Notes under the pieces: generated by a model
Told to the model about the DNA's origin: nothing
What the model saw: the letters and a program-made list of their open reading frames with translations, nothing else
The model's database searches: none
Position numbers and translations under genes: made by a program
Assembly: GCA_001643675.2 (NCBI GenBank)
Contig: LSRY02000014.1
Coordinates: forward strand, 682,001 to 746,000
Direction: 5' to 3'
Origin: Monocercomonoides exilis PA203
Taxonomy: Eukaryota > Protista > Preaxostyla
Length of the DNA: 64,000 nt
In this document: piece after piece, positions 1-13,500 of the stretch
Numbering within the stretch: position 1 is the stretch's first letter
Layout of the letters: each line of letters opens with the position of its first letter

Positions 1-179
1 TTGTTTCTTATATATATTTTTATTTTGCTCTTGAAAAACCATTTGTTTCACAAAAAAGAATTGTCAGAATATATGGGATAATTCTATTCGTTTTGTTAAT
101 GTCGAACAGCTTGACAATAATTTTAATTGAAAGACTATAAAATTGACAGATTATGAATAATTTATTAATTTAATAAATA

Positions 180-905
180 CAGTCTGAACCGGATATAATC
201 ACATCGAATACAATCATATTCGTTATTAGTCACATTTTTCCATGCACCGACATTTTTGGCCAATATTTCATTCGTTTTCAATCACATATTATCACAGGGC
301 TGAAAATATCTTATCACATTTTTTATTATCGTGGGTGATATTTTTTATGAATAATCGATTATTTGAACAAAAATTTCAACAATTTGATTTTTCAAAATAG
401 AATATAAATAATTCTGAATGATGCAAATTAATGATGAAAATTGATTTCACGAGTGAATAAAGTGCTTTTGTGAGGAATTTTCATGAATGAAAAAATTGAC
501 TCAAAATTAATAAATTTGTTAATGTGGGACATAATATTTGACTTCAAGCATTTTCAGAAAAAAATTATGCACTTTTCATTGACTTTTTGAGGTCAAAAAA
601 CACAATAAAAATTAGTCCACTTTTTGACATAGGCGAAATCTCGCAATTCTTCATGTATTGATTTCAACGATGCCTGTTTTCCGATATAAAAATAATATTT
701 ATTTTTGAATTTGAGAAAGTGAAATAAAGTTATAAGTTAAACAATTTTTTCTTGTTTTGTGCAAAAAAAGCTTGAAAGTCTATATTTTCCCCCATGTATT
801 TTGAGTCAATTTTTTCGTTGTTAAGCAGCATCATATATTATCACAATCGGATATAGTCACAAAAAGTTGTGCAAAAACCGATGTGATAAAATCCGATTTC
901 GACTG
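180..905. mobile_element. Non-autonomous pogo/Tc1-mariner-type MITE (726 bp)
   Basis: 27-bp imperfect TIRs at 180-206 (cagtctgaaccggatataatcacatcg) and 879-905 (reverse complement cagtcgaaatcggattttatcacatcg), 22/27 identical. TA precedes the left end; the right flank is GA. Repeated subterminal RTCACA motifs; no ORF. Confidence 0.7.
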
Positions 906-1441
906 GATGCATTGTTCAAAGGTGTTTGTATTAATAGTTTCAGAACAAAATTGTTTGTCATTAAGCACTTTTCTAATATAATTCAAATGAATTGAATATT
1001 TCATTAATGGAATGCCAGTAGATGGATGACACTCAGATAAAAAAAAACAAGAAATGCTTTAAACATTTTCTATCGATATATCTTTTGATTTTTTGAAATA
1101 ACTTTAATATGAATTTTGTCATTTATTATCAATTTTGTTAATCTTTCAACCATTGCTATTATTTTTAAAAACAGATCCAAACTTTTCAAATGTAGTATTG
1201 TTTTGGGAAAACACTTTATTGACACATCTCCTTTATTATTTGTTTTTCAATACATGCTGACTTTTAGCGATCTTTATGTCTTTAAAAAAATGTCATTTTT
1301 ATTAAGGGAGAATGATTCAACAGGCATTATTGCATTATATTAATCATCTCCAGATGCCCAATTTATAAGAGAAACAAAAAAATTACAGAAGTTGAATGGC
1401 TTTCAATAGAAGAGGATCACTATTTAATTGATGAAAAAGAA

Positions 1442-3060
1442 ATGAAATGCATCAACACAGATGTGATAACAATCATGTTTGAAAAATGTGAGTGCAATAG
1501 AGAGGAAATAATGAAGAATGGAATTGATCTTGTCGAAAAAATTGTGATAACAAAAAAAGAATTATTCAACTCAGGAATAATTCATTAAAGCAGTTTCTTC
1601 AGAACACTTGCAGCTAAATCAAAAGGAAGAGATATGCGTTCTGCTGGAAGACCGCCTTTTTTGAGTCAACAAAACACATCTGTTGGATAAAACTCAGTGA
1701 ATGAAGAAATAGCTCAAGGAGCGTATATTTGTGGCAAACAAGTGAGACATATGGTTTGAAGTTCTATCGTTAATAATATTTGGGTAATTCTTTTTGAAAA
1801 GTCGCAAATGTTTAATTTTCAAATACTTCAAGAATTTCACATTTTACCAAATATTTTGTTAACAAATATCAAACTTCACTTAAATGGAATTTATTATTTG
1901 ATAATGCTATTTCAAACATTCTTGAGGAGATTTGTGAGCTGAAACAGAAATTTGATCAAGATATGAAATTTTTGATTTATTTGAAAATCAAACATTTGCG
2001 ACTTTTCAAAAAGAATCACCCATTTGTTATTTTTTCATCATTGGTTTTTCAGGCTCAACTTACAATTTCTGAAAGAACTGGAACGCCTGTTGATGATGTT
2101 CATATTTGGAGAACATGGACTCACAGATTTTTATGCAATCAATCTGATTTATTTTTCGTTCATCCTGTTCAGCTTCCAAATGCAAGAGCAGCTAACTCAA
2201 CGAAAGAGCTTCTTGATCCATGGATTGCCAAAGTTTAGTCCTTGTTTGATGAGTTCGATTATTTGCCCGAATTCATTTTTAATATTTATGAAATTTATTT
2301 ATTTGGCTCGGATATTAGACCAGTTAAAGATGCAAATGCTTTGTATTCCCAGGTTTCATTTGTTCCAGAACCAATATTGCCGTATACAAAATTTTCACTC
2401 CTTCACATAACAGCAAATGATGTGATGTGTCCTTTTATTACAAAAGACAAAGACAAAAAGCTCCCCATCGAATTTGAAAAAGCAAGCGAGCCTTTGTTGA
2501 GATTTATTGCTGATGAAACTTGAGCAATTACGAAAGAAAGCTTTCTGATGGTATTTGACAGAGTGATAATGCACTCAATTATTAACTGAAGAATTTTTTA
2601 TTGGGAAAATAACATACACTGTTTTCTGTTTATGGATTTTCTTGCTGCACATTTGTCCCCTCATATAACACAGAACGCTGACGTTCACAATTTTAATAAG
2701 TTCTCACTGCCTTCTCACACGTCACATCTTGTCTAGCCATTGGATCTGCATATCAATGCTGCATTTGAAAATTGGTTGAGAGCAAGTAATTTCTAACTCC
2801 AGTGCCTTCTTCTGGAGAATAAAGAATATCATTTTTAAACAAATTTGTCAATTCATTACACGCGAAATTCAATCCTTCGACAATTAAAGCTTCATTCAGA
2901 GATACTGGAATCTGGTCATTCTATCTCGACATCGTTCGATCGAAACTCAATGAGAAAAATCTAGAATGGGTAAAAGTTTCGGAAAATATAATGAATACAA
3001 CAAAGCCATATTTTAGCGGGGAAATGTTCTTTTCGTCCCGACAACGTGAAGGTGTTGCAA
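1442..3060 (+). pseudogene. Degenerate pogo/Fot-like (DDE_1, DD35D) transposase
   Basis: GRPPFLS (~1646), WRTWTHRF..L..ARA..T.E...W (Tc5/CENP-B HTH-like), FIFNIYE (decayed first Asp), FLFMD (2635), LPSHTSHLV*PLD (Asp at 2743), IKASFRDTGIW. Several in-frame stops, a frameshift near 2830-2880 and a probable intron at 1754-2052. Ends are approximate. Confidence 0.85.
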
Positions 3061-3805
3061 AAGATATTTATCCTAATATTTCTTTGTTTTTAAATAAAAA
3101 AATTTTAATTACTTTTTTGATTATTAATTAGTTGTGAATGTTTGAAAAACAATTCCTTGAATCGAAAATATTTCCATTTTTTATTTCAAATGATTATACG
3201 AAAGAAAGGATGAACATGAGTTGACATTCAAAATAGTCCAGAATTTATGATATGTCACGAATTTGCTGCGTTCTAATCTTTATCTTAATTTCATCTGAAA
3301 CATCTGCTTTTGAAACAGCTGTGAAATGTTAACGATTTAAATACAAAATCTCTTCCCCATGATAAACAATACTTGGAAAAATAATTGCTCCCCATAAAGT
3401 TATTTTTTGTAAGATAATCACCCACACATTTATTCACACAAATATTTTCTTTTTTTTTTTCTTTTTTTTTCGTGTGGAAAATTGGTGATGAATTTGACAA
3501 ACTTTTTTTCACGTAATCCAAAGTTATGTTTAACCTTTTTCACACCTATTCAGCACTGAAATCAACATTATTATCTGAAAAAATTTCATTAAAATATAAA
3601 AGTCTTCTTCAATTTGGTATTTTCAAAAAAACAGTTATTTTCCAACGAAATAACAAAATTTTTATTTCACATATATTTTACACACAAAAATTTCAGAACC
3701 TAACTAAATTAAAGAGAACTGAAGGAATTTTTTAGATATGTCTATCCCATTTTTATATTATTTTTTTGTTGATCATAAAATCCGATTTTTAAAGCCAAGA
3801 TCAAA

Positions 3806-4509
3806 ATGGGCTCAGGGTATATTGTTTTTTTGCTTTATAACAGTCTAATTTGATATTTATTTTGATATACATTTAATCAATTTCGTATAAATTTTAATTT
3901 TTCCCATCACATTTAGAAAACCACGTGGACTTCACGCTGCCAGAAAATTGCACAACAAACGTATCTCTGGTCGTTGGGCCGATAAGGCTTACAAGCGTCG
4001 TGTACTCGCAACAAGATGGAAGGCTGATCCTTTCCAGAAATGCTCACATGCAAAGGGGATCGTTGTGGAGAAGATGTTTGTTTCAACATTTTTAAGAGTT
4101 ATTTCAATTTTAAAGGAATAAATTTTGTAATTGAAAATTTTTATTTTATATTTAAAGTGGTGTTGAAGCTAAACAGCCAAACTCTGCACTCAGAAAATGC
4201 GTTCGTGTCCAGCTTGTGAAAAACGGAAAGAAAGTTGCAGCTTTTGTTCCAAAGGATGGTTGCTTAAACTTTGTTGACGATAACGTTTGCAAAAAGCTGC
4301 ATATTTTCCCTTTTCATTTGGAACTTATTACTCTTTGAAACTGTTTTTGTTAAAATGCGAATTTTTAGGATGAGGTTTTGATCTCAGGTTTTGGTAGAAA
4401 AGGTCACGCTGTTGGTGATTTGCCCGGAGTTCGTTTCAAGGTTGTTAAAGTTGCTGGTATTTCTTTACGTGCTTTGTATCTGCACAAGAAGGAGAAGATT
4501 AGATCGTAA
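3806..4509 (+). CDS. RPS23: 40S ribosomal protein S23 (uS12), 145 aa, 4 exons
   Basis: Exons 3806-3816, 3917-4075, 4158-4284, 4369-4509 with GT-AG introns splice to [15 protein letters not shown]...[19 protein letters not shown]...[13 protein letters not shown]...KEKIRS*. Confidence 0.98.
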
Positions 4510-4820
4510 GTTTTTTAATTCTCACTTCATGATGTTGGGTGGTTTTTCCACATGTTTGAACATGGCAGCAAATTTTTTGTAACTGGGATAATCACATTGT
4601 TCTTTTATTTTCAATTTTTTAAATGCTTTAAAGATTTTGCACAAGTTGGGTGGAATGTGAATCAACTTTTCATTATTTGTAGAAGTTTATCATTTATAAA
4701 GATAAAAAAGGAATATAAAATTATTTCATTTTTTGTTGAAAGAATCCGTACTTTTTTAGAAATAAAAAATGTGATAATGATATTTTTCTTTGCCATAATG
4801 AAAATCGCAAATGAGGTTGA

Positions 4821-6811
4821 ATGGAATCTGACATTTTTTCCGTGAGCCTTCCAGCCCTTTTTCCTCCAACATCTTATTTTGCACACGAAGGCGAAGATTA
4901 TCCGGAAGTACAGATACAAGGTTCTTTAAAATTTCTTGTTACACAAAGCAAATATAAATAAGTTTCTTTTAAACAGAGATTTTAGACCAAGCTTCAAAAA
5001 TTAATGGAGAGAATCAACTTCATCTTTTAGTGCTTGCTGAAAAAAAGATTACAGAGCTTAAAGGAAATAATGCTTTGAATATTTTCTCAAACGCATTCAT
5101 TCGTTCATTGATTCATTTGCTGAAATCCAATGCAAATTCAAACGAATCACAAATTGCCGACTTTCTTTTGGCTTTATCCCCTCTTATACACGAAGCTGTC
5201 ATATCTGGTAAATTTTCTTCAGTAGAAACTCGCTCTCTCCTGAAAAATCTAACTTCAGTGTTGTGTGAGCGCATTTTTGATAATGAAATGAACACAAATT
5301 TATCCATTATTTATTCTGCATGTGTTTGCATGCTTCAAATTGATCATGCCTTACATGAAACAGCCCTTCTGAAAATGACAAATTCAATCTTGACATTTAT
5401 TGATTTCGAAATCAAAGAAACTTCTGTACAACATCAGTATATTTGCATTTTTATTCATTCTTTGTATTGCCTAATAGAAGAAAATGGTTTTTTTTTTTCA
5501 GATTTTTAAATATTTCTTAATTTTATTTTACTAAAAATAATTTAATTTCTCTTCTTCTTTTCAGATTATATTCGCCTACTGACAAATGGAAATGTTCATA
5601 TGAGAATTTTGAATATCCTACAAAATCCATTAATTTCTCATCGGCCTATGCTTGTAAGCGAATGCTTGAAAATTTTAGCTAAAATATGTATTGGACAATC
5701 TGGAACAATTTGCAATCTTCTCGAAAATACGAAAATTATAAGTCTGATTAATGCAATTTTCCAAACATTTATAAAACCGATGATTGAAACATGGAAAAGA
5801 AGTGTCGTTACAGCTCAAAAATCGCATCCAATGCTTAATCAGTCACTTAACCAAAATATCAAATCTCCAACAGTGGAATTGAGACATTTATCAAATACAA
5901 ACAAGTTTGAAACAGCTCGAGAAATATCAACTTCAGCATCTACCATTCAATGCCAGTCGTTTTGCGATAACGTCCATCTTTCAACACAATTCCCGTTGCT
6001 TTGCAGGTTATCGATTGGGGATTCTCTTGCATCGCTTTTGGATATGTGCACAACTTGCGAAGCATCTACATTTTGCCTCGCTGAACACACAGACTTACTC
6101 AAAATGATTCTGAATTTAGCGAGCTTCCAACCACATGTTGTCAAAGAATGCAACTGTATATTTCTCGAGGAATATCAACGGGACCGGATTGAAGAAGATA
6201 TTAGATTCCTTGAACTTCGATTCGAGTCAGATAATCAAATTGAGAACTTGTCTCATTTATTTGAGCAAATGCATTACAGATGCGTTGATTTACTGGGATC
6301 TACCCTTGTCGATACAGTTTGGGGTTCAGAAGATTGCAATTTGTGCGTGTCTGTATTTCGATGTCTTCTTCAGCAACTGACTCAAGAAAGAGAAGGATCC
6401 GACGAGGATTTATATGCTGTTTGTTTGAATATCTCAAAGTTTCTTGTTATTATGAGACGAGCAGTCACTGGCGAAGACGAAGTCGACAGTTACTCCTCTG
6501 AGTTTTCTGATGATGAATGCGAATACACAAACGATGAATCTGATGATTGTTGTTACATCCCGTGCAATAAATATGCTGTTTGGGACTTAGCAAGAATACC
6601 CGATACTCGAGCTGATTCCTGCGGTAATAAAAAGTTTGTGAGGAACTTTCAAGAGAATGAGTGGAAGATATTTGTTGCAGCGCTGGAGTGTGGAGAAGAA
6701 GAAGGAATTGAAGATATCATGGTGATGCTTGTGCATGATAGATGGTCAATGATGCGTAGATCAGCAAGAGAACTTCTTCAACTCCTCCGTTGTTGGAAGA
6801 GTTTTGGCTGA
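4821..6811 (+). CDS. Hypothetical alpha-helical (ARM-like) protein, about 618 aa, 3 exons
   Basis: Exons 4821-4920, 4977-5486, 5565-6811 join in frame through GT-AG introns. Leu/Cys-rich helical sequence with a C-terminal EEEGIEDI motif. Confidence 0.8.
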
Positions 6812-9800
6812 ATTATTAAGTTGGATGGGCTCAGTAGAAGTCTCAGTCACATCAAAAAAGCAAGTTGTTATTGTGAACTTGAAACTTAACGAACGATATT
6901 AACACGAGTTATTCGGATAAATATTGTGATTTGCTGAAATTTAAAGAGAAAAATTTATTTCTGAATGCGTATGAGAAAATAGTCATTGTACAACATAAAG
7001 CAAAAGAAAACATCATGAAAGAAATTATGTTCTCTGTAAGAAAATTGTTCGATTTTTTAGCTTTTTAACTTATTTATTTTTAACGCGTTTTTACATATTT
7101 ATCACATAAAAAATTTAAAATAAGAATTTTTATATTCAAAATTAAAATTTTAGCAAACAAAATTATAATTCTTTCTAATGAAATAATAAAATTTTCATTC
7201 AAAACAACATTTCATAAATCACAATCGTATAAACTTGAATTTGTGATTAGGATTGTTCATGCAATATTTATGTTATTTTCTTAACTGTTTAAAAAAGGAA
7301 TTTGTCGCAAATATTTGCTTTTTTGGGGGGGAAAAAAAAATACAATATCATATCAAAGGAGAAGTTTGGAACATATCAAAGTCAAAGATAGTTTTTTCAA
7401 AACATAAAAAAAAAAGATGATTAAACAAAACTTGTTTCAATATTCTCCTATTTGTTGAATTGGCAAAAAGAAAAAAGAAAAAGCAACGAAATCTGCTCAA
7501 TTGCATATTTTTATGGAAGTAAAAGATATCGTAATTGCTGAAAAACAAACGAATCAAATACATATTAATCAAACTTCAAAGTTCTTCAGAGCAAAAAACA
7601 AAGAAAAGAAAATCGCTTTGAAAAAACACGAATTAAAAATTATAACAATGTATGCACGAAAAGGGAGACTTTCATCTCAGACATTTTCAAAGAAAGCCGG
7701 TAATTGGCATCATTCATTCTTTGGAAAGTATCGCACGTCTTTTCAATGCCCGCAAGAAAATAATCTTACAGACTCGAGAAGTGTTCAATCTCCATTGATT
7801 GTGAAACAACAAAAGCAAGATCTCTTTCATACCTCACAAAATTCTATCAACAATCATTTCCATATTGATCAATCATCCATATTTTATAATAATCATCAGA
7901 ACAAAAAATGTTCTTTTGTTTGTTTTCATAATTATCATGATTAGTTCCAAATATTTACTGTTTTCATTTCAAAATTATTCTTCGATCAAAATGAAACTGT
8001 TATTTAAAAAAAAAAATCTTTTTTATTATTGAATTACAAAAATGATTCAAATAAAAATGATGGAACAGAGTTTGAAAGTGAAAATAATCATCAATTATTC
8101 CAATTTCTCAATTACAAAATAGAAAATTTTATGGACACATGAACTGTTTGATGTGGATGATTAACAAAATTCAATGATTTCCATCATGATATCTTCTATC
8201 GAAAATACTTGAAGATGTCAAGTTATTAATAAGATAATTTCAAATAAGATTCTTTTTCTCATTTATTTTACGAACTTTTACAAAAAATATGTTAAAAGCT
8301 CTTTCTGATTTCAGATTTATTAACTATTTGTCTTTTTGGAAATATTTTTTATTCTCTTGAATGCAAAAATGATTATTGTTGGAAAATTTGAAACAAAAAT
8401 CAAATAAAAAGTGTTTGAATAACGAATAATACTTTATATTTGTTTATATGGGACGATATTTTTTTCTTTAAGAATTCAGTTCGATTGTGCGCATTTAATT
8501 TAATTCTCAATTTTGAGACATTTCCTGTTTTTTTGACATGAGAATGAAAAATTTCTTATGATAAGGTTGAGGAAAAAGTTTGAAACAAATTGTTGTTTTT
8601 TTCATAAATGCAAGAATTTTGCTCCATATCACATGATAGAGAGTTGTGATTTAAAAAAAGAAAAGAAAAGATTTCAATTTCGAATTTTGAATGATAATAA
8701 AAAAAATTATAAATCACTAATTCATGACAATGTGAAAATTGATTAGAACAATCAGAATAATTCGAATTGAAAACAAAAACATAAACAAATACTTAAATAC
8801 ATTTTATTGAAATTCCATGCAAAATTCATTTTCCAATATTCTGGTTGGATTATCTCACTTATTAGAATTATTTTTTGAATAGGGCAATGATTTTATCTTG
8901 ACCTTTTTTCTTTATCAAGACCTTTTTCTTTTTTGTCATGCATTTAGCTTTTCACAAGCCTGCGATAAATAAAAAATAACCAGAAATGTTTGAAATGTTT
9001 TAATTTTCTTATTCTGTATTTTTTTTTCAAAATTTCTTGTTTCACAAAAAGATTGAGGATTATAATAATTTTATGTTTTGATCATTGACTTACTGCTTTT
9101 CCAGCGAATATTTTTTATCGGAAGTTTTAAGCTTTCATATCATAATACATCGTTTATTTTTTATAAACAAAACTTGTTTTAAACTTTCTCAACTTGTTTT
9201 TTTAACACTTTTTCTCATTTCATGCATTTTTTTTAAAAAACACGATCTCAGAGACTTGCATCCATTTGTTTTAAAATTTTATGAAATGAAATAAAAACTA
9301 ATTTGAAATGATTCGATATCTCAAAGAAAAATCAACAAAACATTTGTATATGACGAACAATTTTCAGATCAAAAATTTCATATGTTCTACTATTTCGCTT
9401 CAAATTCTTGTTCTATTCTTTCACTTTTCAGGATTATATAAAAATATACAATAAATAACACCTTGTTTAAATTTTTTATATGCTAAAAATATACACAAAT
9501 TCAAATTTATTCCGATAATTGTGTTTTATGCAAAAACAGTGAAATGAGAAGAAAAGGTCAAAAATACAATTGAAAAAGTTTCAAACAAGAAAAAACAATA
9601 ATATACGAATGTTGAATTGTGATGTTGTGGCAATAAATGCATGATATAAAATATTCGTTTCACTGCCAGCAGGTCTTTGATCAAGGTCCAAAAATAATAA
9701 AAATATTGAATATTTTTTTGTACATAAAAATTTCAAAAAAATTTTTTAAAGTATTCTGAAAAACAAAAATATCAGAAAGTCTATTTATTTTGTTTTTGTT

Positions 9801-10540
9801 TTTAACCTTTTCACAAATCAACAAAGCAAAAATAAGTATCAAAAAAAGGGTTGAGAAAAATTTTTGAGGTCAAGAAAAAATATGCACCCTATTAATTCAT
9901 CAAAATAATAACAAGAGATAGAAAATACAAACATTTTTGTTCGATTCTCTCAAAGTGTTCATAAAATTCCACATTGACAAAGTCTGAAAAAAGATATTTT
10001 TTCTTTTCACAATGAAAAAACCGATCTTATTAATTTTTCATTTCAAGTTTCAACTTCATCAATTTCATCAAATTGACAAAAATTCGTTTTGTGAAGAAAG
10101 AAGCCAAAAGATAACAATGCAAGCGATGAAAACGACTCTCAACTTTTATCAAATCAAAGCATTAAAACAATGTTCCTTTCCCAACACTCAAATAAAACTT
10201 TCGCCAATTTTAAAAATGAAAAAAAAAAGATTTGAATCTGTATGAAAGAATCATTGTTAATAACTTGTTTGATAGCATAAAAAGCACTTTAAAAATATAA
10301 AACCATGTGAACGTATGCATCTCAGTAACAAATATTCCATTCTCAGTTCATTATTTTTTGATAAAAATACAACAAATCTCAAAAATTTACATTCTCTATA
10401 ATAATTCTCCTTGTAATTACGATTATCTCAAAATTCAATGAAGTGAATTTCAGTTTTTATTAAATTGTATCCGAAATGTTCAAACAACTTTCTTTTTCGT
10501 TTCTTTTTCATGCTTGAAAAGCATTTCTTATTTTCAGCTC

Positions 10541-13500
10541 TCATCCCTTTTCAAATATACCTTTTTTTTCATTCACTTCCATTTCCCCTTCCTTTTCACG
10601 CTCCTTGCTCTCGCAACTTTTTTCGTTTTCTTCACTGCTTTCCTCAAAAATGATTGCATCGGTCATCGTCACAAGAAAAGTCACACTTGGAAAAATCCCA
10701 ACCAGCTCTTTCTTCACTTCTGTGAGTGTCGGTCTTTTCGATGCCTCTGATGACAGGCATTCATCCACCACTCTCTTCACAATACTCTCTTCAATTCCCA
10801 TCTCATCTGGCTTCTCTCCGTCAACAATCTTCTGCCCAGCCACTTCCCCTTCATACTCTCCAAATGGGATCTGGAGCGTCATGCACTCCCACAGCATCAT
10901 CCCAATCGAGAATGCCACTGACTTCTCTGTCGCTCCCATCTTCCTGTTCACCTGCAGCTCAGGTGCCTTCCACCGCAAACACTCCTTCCACTTATCCTCC
11001 GATTCTTCAAATGCTGATGATGGAAGAGAATCTCCCTCTTCATCATCATCATCATCACTTGCAGATATCACAATTGTGGTTGATAAGATTGAAGATGAAT
11101 CATCATCATCATCAGAAGAAAACGAAGAACAATCCGAGTGAAGGGCAATGCAGATCACCATGTGCTCAGACAAAAGCACAATGTGCGAACTCAGGTTTCG
11201 CAAAGAGGGAAGTTCATCTTCCTCATCTTCAAGCGAGTGCAAAGCCCCATTCGCCACCCAGAATAGCATCTGTGCTCCGGTCATCTCCCTCTCCTTCAAG
11301 GTACCAATTGCCATCTCCTTCTTTTCATTCCTTCCATGAAGCAGAATGAACAGTGAATCTCTCAGATCCACAATCAGTTTTTCAAAAGGCGATGAGCAAG
11401 CCATTGCATCCACCAGATTCGACATGGATGAGGTAGTTGGGCACAGATCTTCCCCATGAATAAATGTGGTTTCTGTGTCTGTGAATGAAACTGATGGAGA
11501 TGATGTTCTCTTCCTCGTTTCTTCTTCTTTTTCCTTCTCTAATTCACATTCTTTAATCTTATCTGATTCTTGTTCAAGAATACATTCCGTTGATCCATTC
11601 TCAGCCAGAAGATATTCCGAAGACTCAGAATGTCCCATTTTCTTTTCATATTCTCTATTCTTTGTCCTCTCTTCATTCTTCTTCTCTGCCTCCCTCTCTG
11701 CCCTTCTCCACTGATCTTCTGGTGACATCTCCATTGTCACCATCTCAAATACCTTTGGATCCTTTCTGACATTATCATTTACAATCTCTTTGTATTTCCT
11801 AATTTCTTCTTTTCCTATCCTCCATCGAATGGCGAGAACAACGAATCCAATTAGAATAACAAAAAGAACAATTGACATAGCTATTATTATCCACAATGAA
11901 CTTGTCAAGTTGTCTCCTTTCATAATATTTCCATTTCCATTTGGTTCAGGCTCACTTTTATTCTTCAAAACAAATGACTTCGTTGATGAAGGAGACTCTG
12001 CATCCCCAAATAAAATATGCACATACACTTCTATTTCATCTCCACAGCTGGTGATGAGATCTTTTGCCACACTTCCTTCAACTTCTCTTTCTGACAAGAA
12101 TCCATTTGAATCAAAATCATGTTTTTCAATCTCTTTCTCTTCTCCAAGACTCTTCACAACTGAGAATGACAGATTGCATGGAACAAGAAGCATCCCTTTG
12201 AATGTCAGCTCCATTCTGTCTGTCTCTTCTTTTGCTTCCACACTCTCCAACACAGGAATGAAGAATGATGAATCCCTTTCTGAAGCAATTCCTTCAAAAT
12301 TGCACCCATCATTCAACATCCAAAGTGATGTGCCATCCTTCAATCCGTCTCCTCCTTTCAAACTCATCACATTCAATGTTACTGAATCTGAACAGATGAT
12401 ATTTCTCCTCAATGATGGATATCCTTCAATTGATGGATTGTTATTCAAAAACTCTCCTTTCTCAATCGACACAGATCCTCCGCTCATTATTATTCCTCCT
12501 ACTGGTGAATTTGTGATTGTTGTATCTTTCATCATCGCTGAACTCTTCACAACATCCACAAGGGATCCTTCCCATCTGCACATCTCTTCTTCCTCATTAT
12601 TCAAATATTGCTCATTTCTTTTATTTGAACTCCCATCAAACATGCAGCTGTCCATTGAAACATCTGTGCAATCCTCCAATTTCATCAATTTCCCTTTTAC
12701 AGTCGTTGAGCTGACATCACCTATTGTACAATTTGTCAATTGAATTGTCTTTTTCATTGTCAAGCAAGATATCAATGATTCTTCATTTCCTTCAACTGAA
12801 ATGTTTTCTGAATGAAACTTTTCCATACTTAATTGCCCACATTCATTAATATCTATCAGAGATGTATCAGTTGTTGAATTGCACAATGATAATGAATCAA
12901 TCACCGATGGAAGTAGCGATGAAAGACACAATGCAGATTCATGAAGAATGAGATTTGATATTGTGAATTCCATGATTTGTAATTCACCCTTCTCCATATT
13001 AATAATGTGAAATGGAATGCTCGCAAAAGCTGCATTTACACCTTCCACTGGTAGTTTTGAACTGAATGAGCAATTCATTATCTCAAGAATCCCTCCTTCT
13101 GGTGACATCAATGATTCATGTGAAGAGATGAAATTTGAATCAAACACAAAATTCACTCTCACCAACGAGACTGTTCCTGTTGTTGTCACTAATGTCTCTC
13201 TTGTTTTTCCAATGTTTGATTTCACTTCAACTTCACACAAGCCTCTGCTCTTCGAACTCAAACTCATTTCCTCCAGATTTATTTCTCTTCCAACCACACC
13301 CTCAGTGTCAACATACAATAGACTCACATATTCAGATGTCAGGTGCACCAATCCATGCTCAATTGAGTCACATGGAAGTGTGTTTGTTCCACACTGTCTG
13401 TCATTCGATCCGTCCACACTGCTCACAACAATTGTGTCACTCTGATGGATAGTCACAAATCCAATCAGATCTGTATCGCTTTGGTAATCACTCTCATCTC

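Noticed and set aside
2236-2796. TAG at the conserved Gln of QPLD, hinting at a TAR=Gln genetic code
   Set aside because: The same relic has TGA stops, a lost catalytic Asp and a frameshift. Host genes end in TAA and TAG and the giant ORFs have no in-frame TAR, so this is ordinary decay.
6812-10540. 3.7-kb AT-rich spacer with short ORFs such as 7501-7944
   Set aside because: No recognisable motif, repeat structure or consistent splice model.
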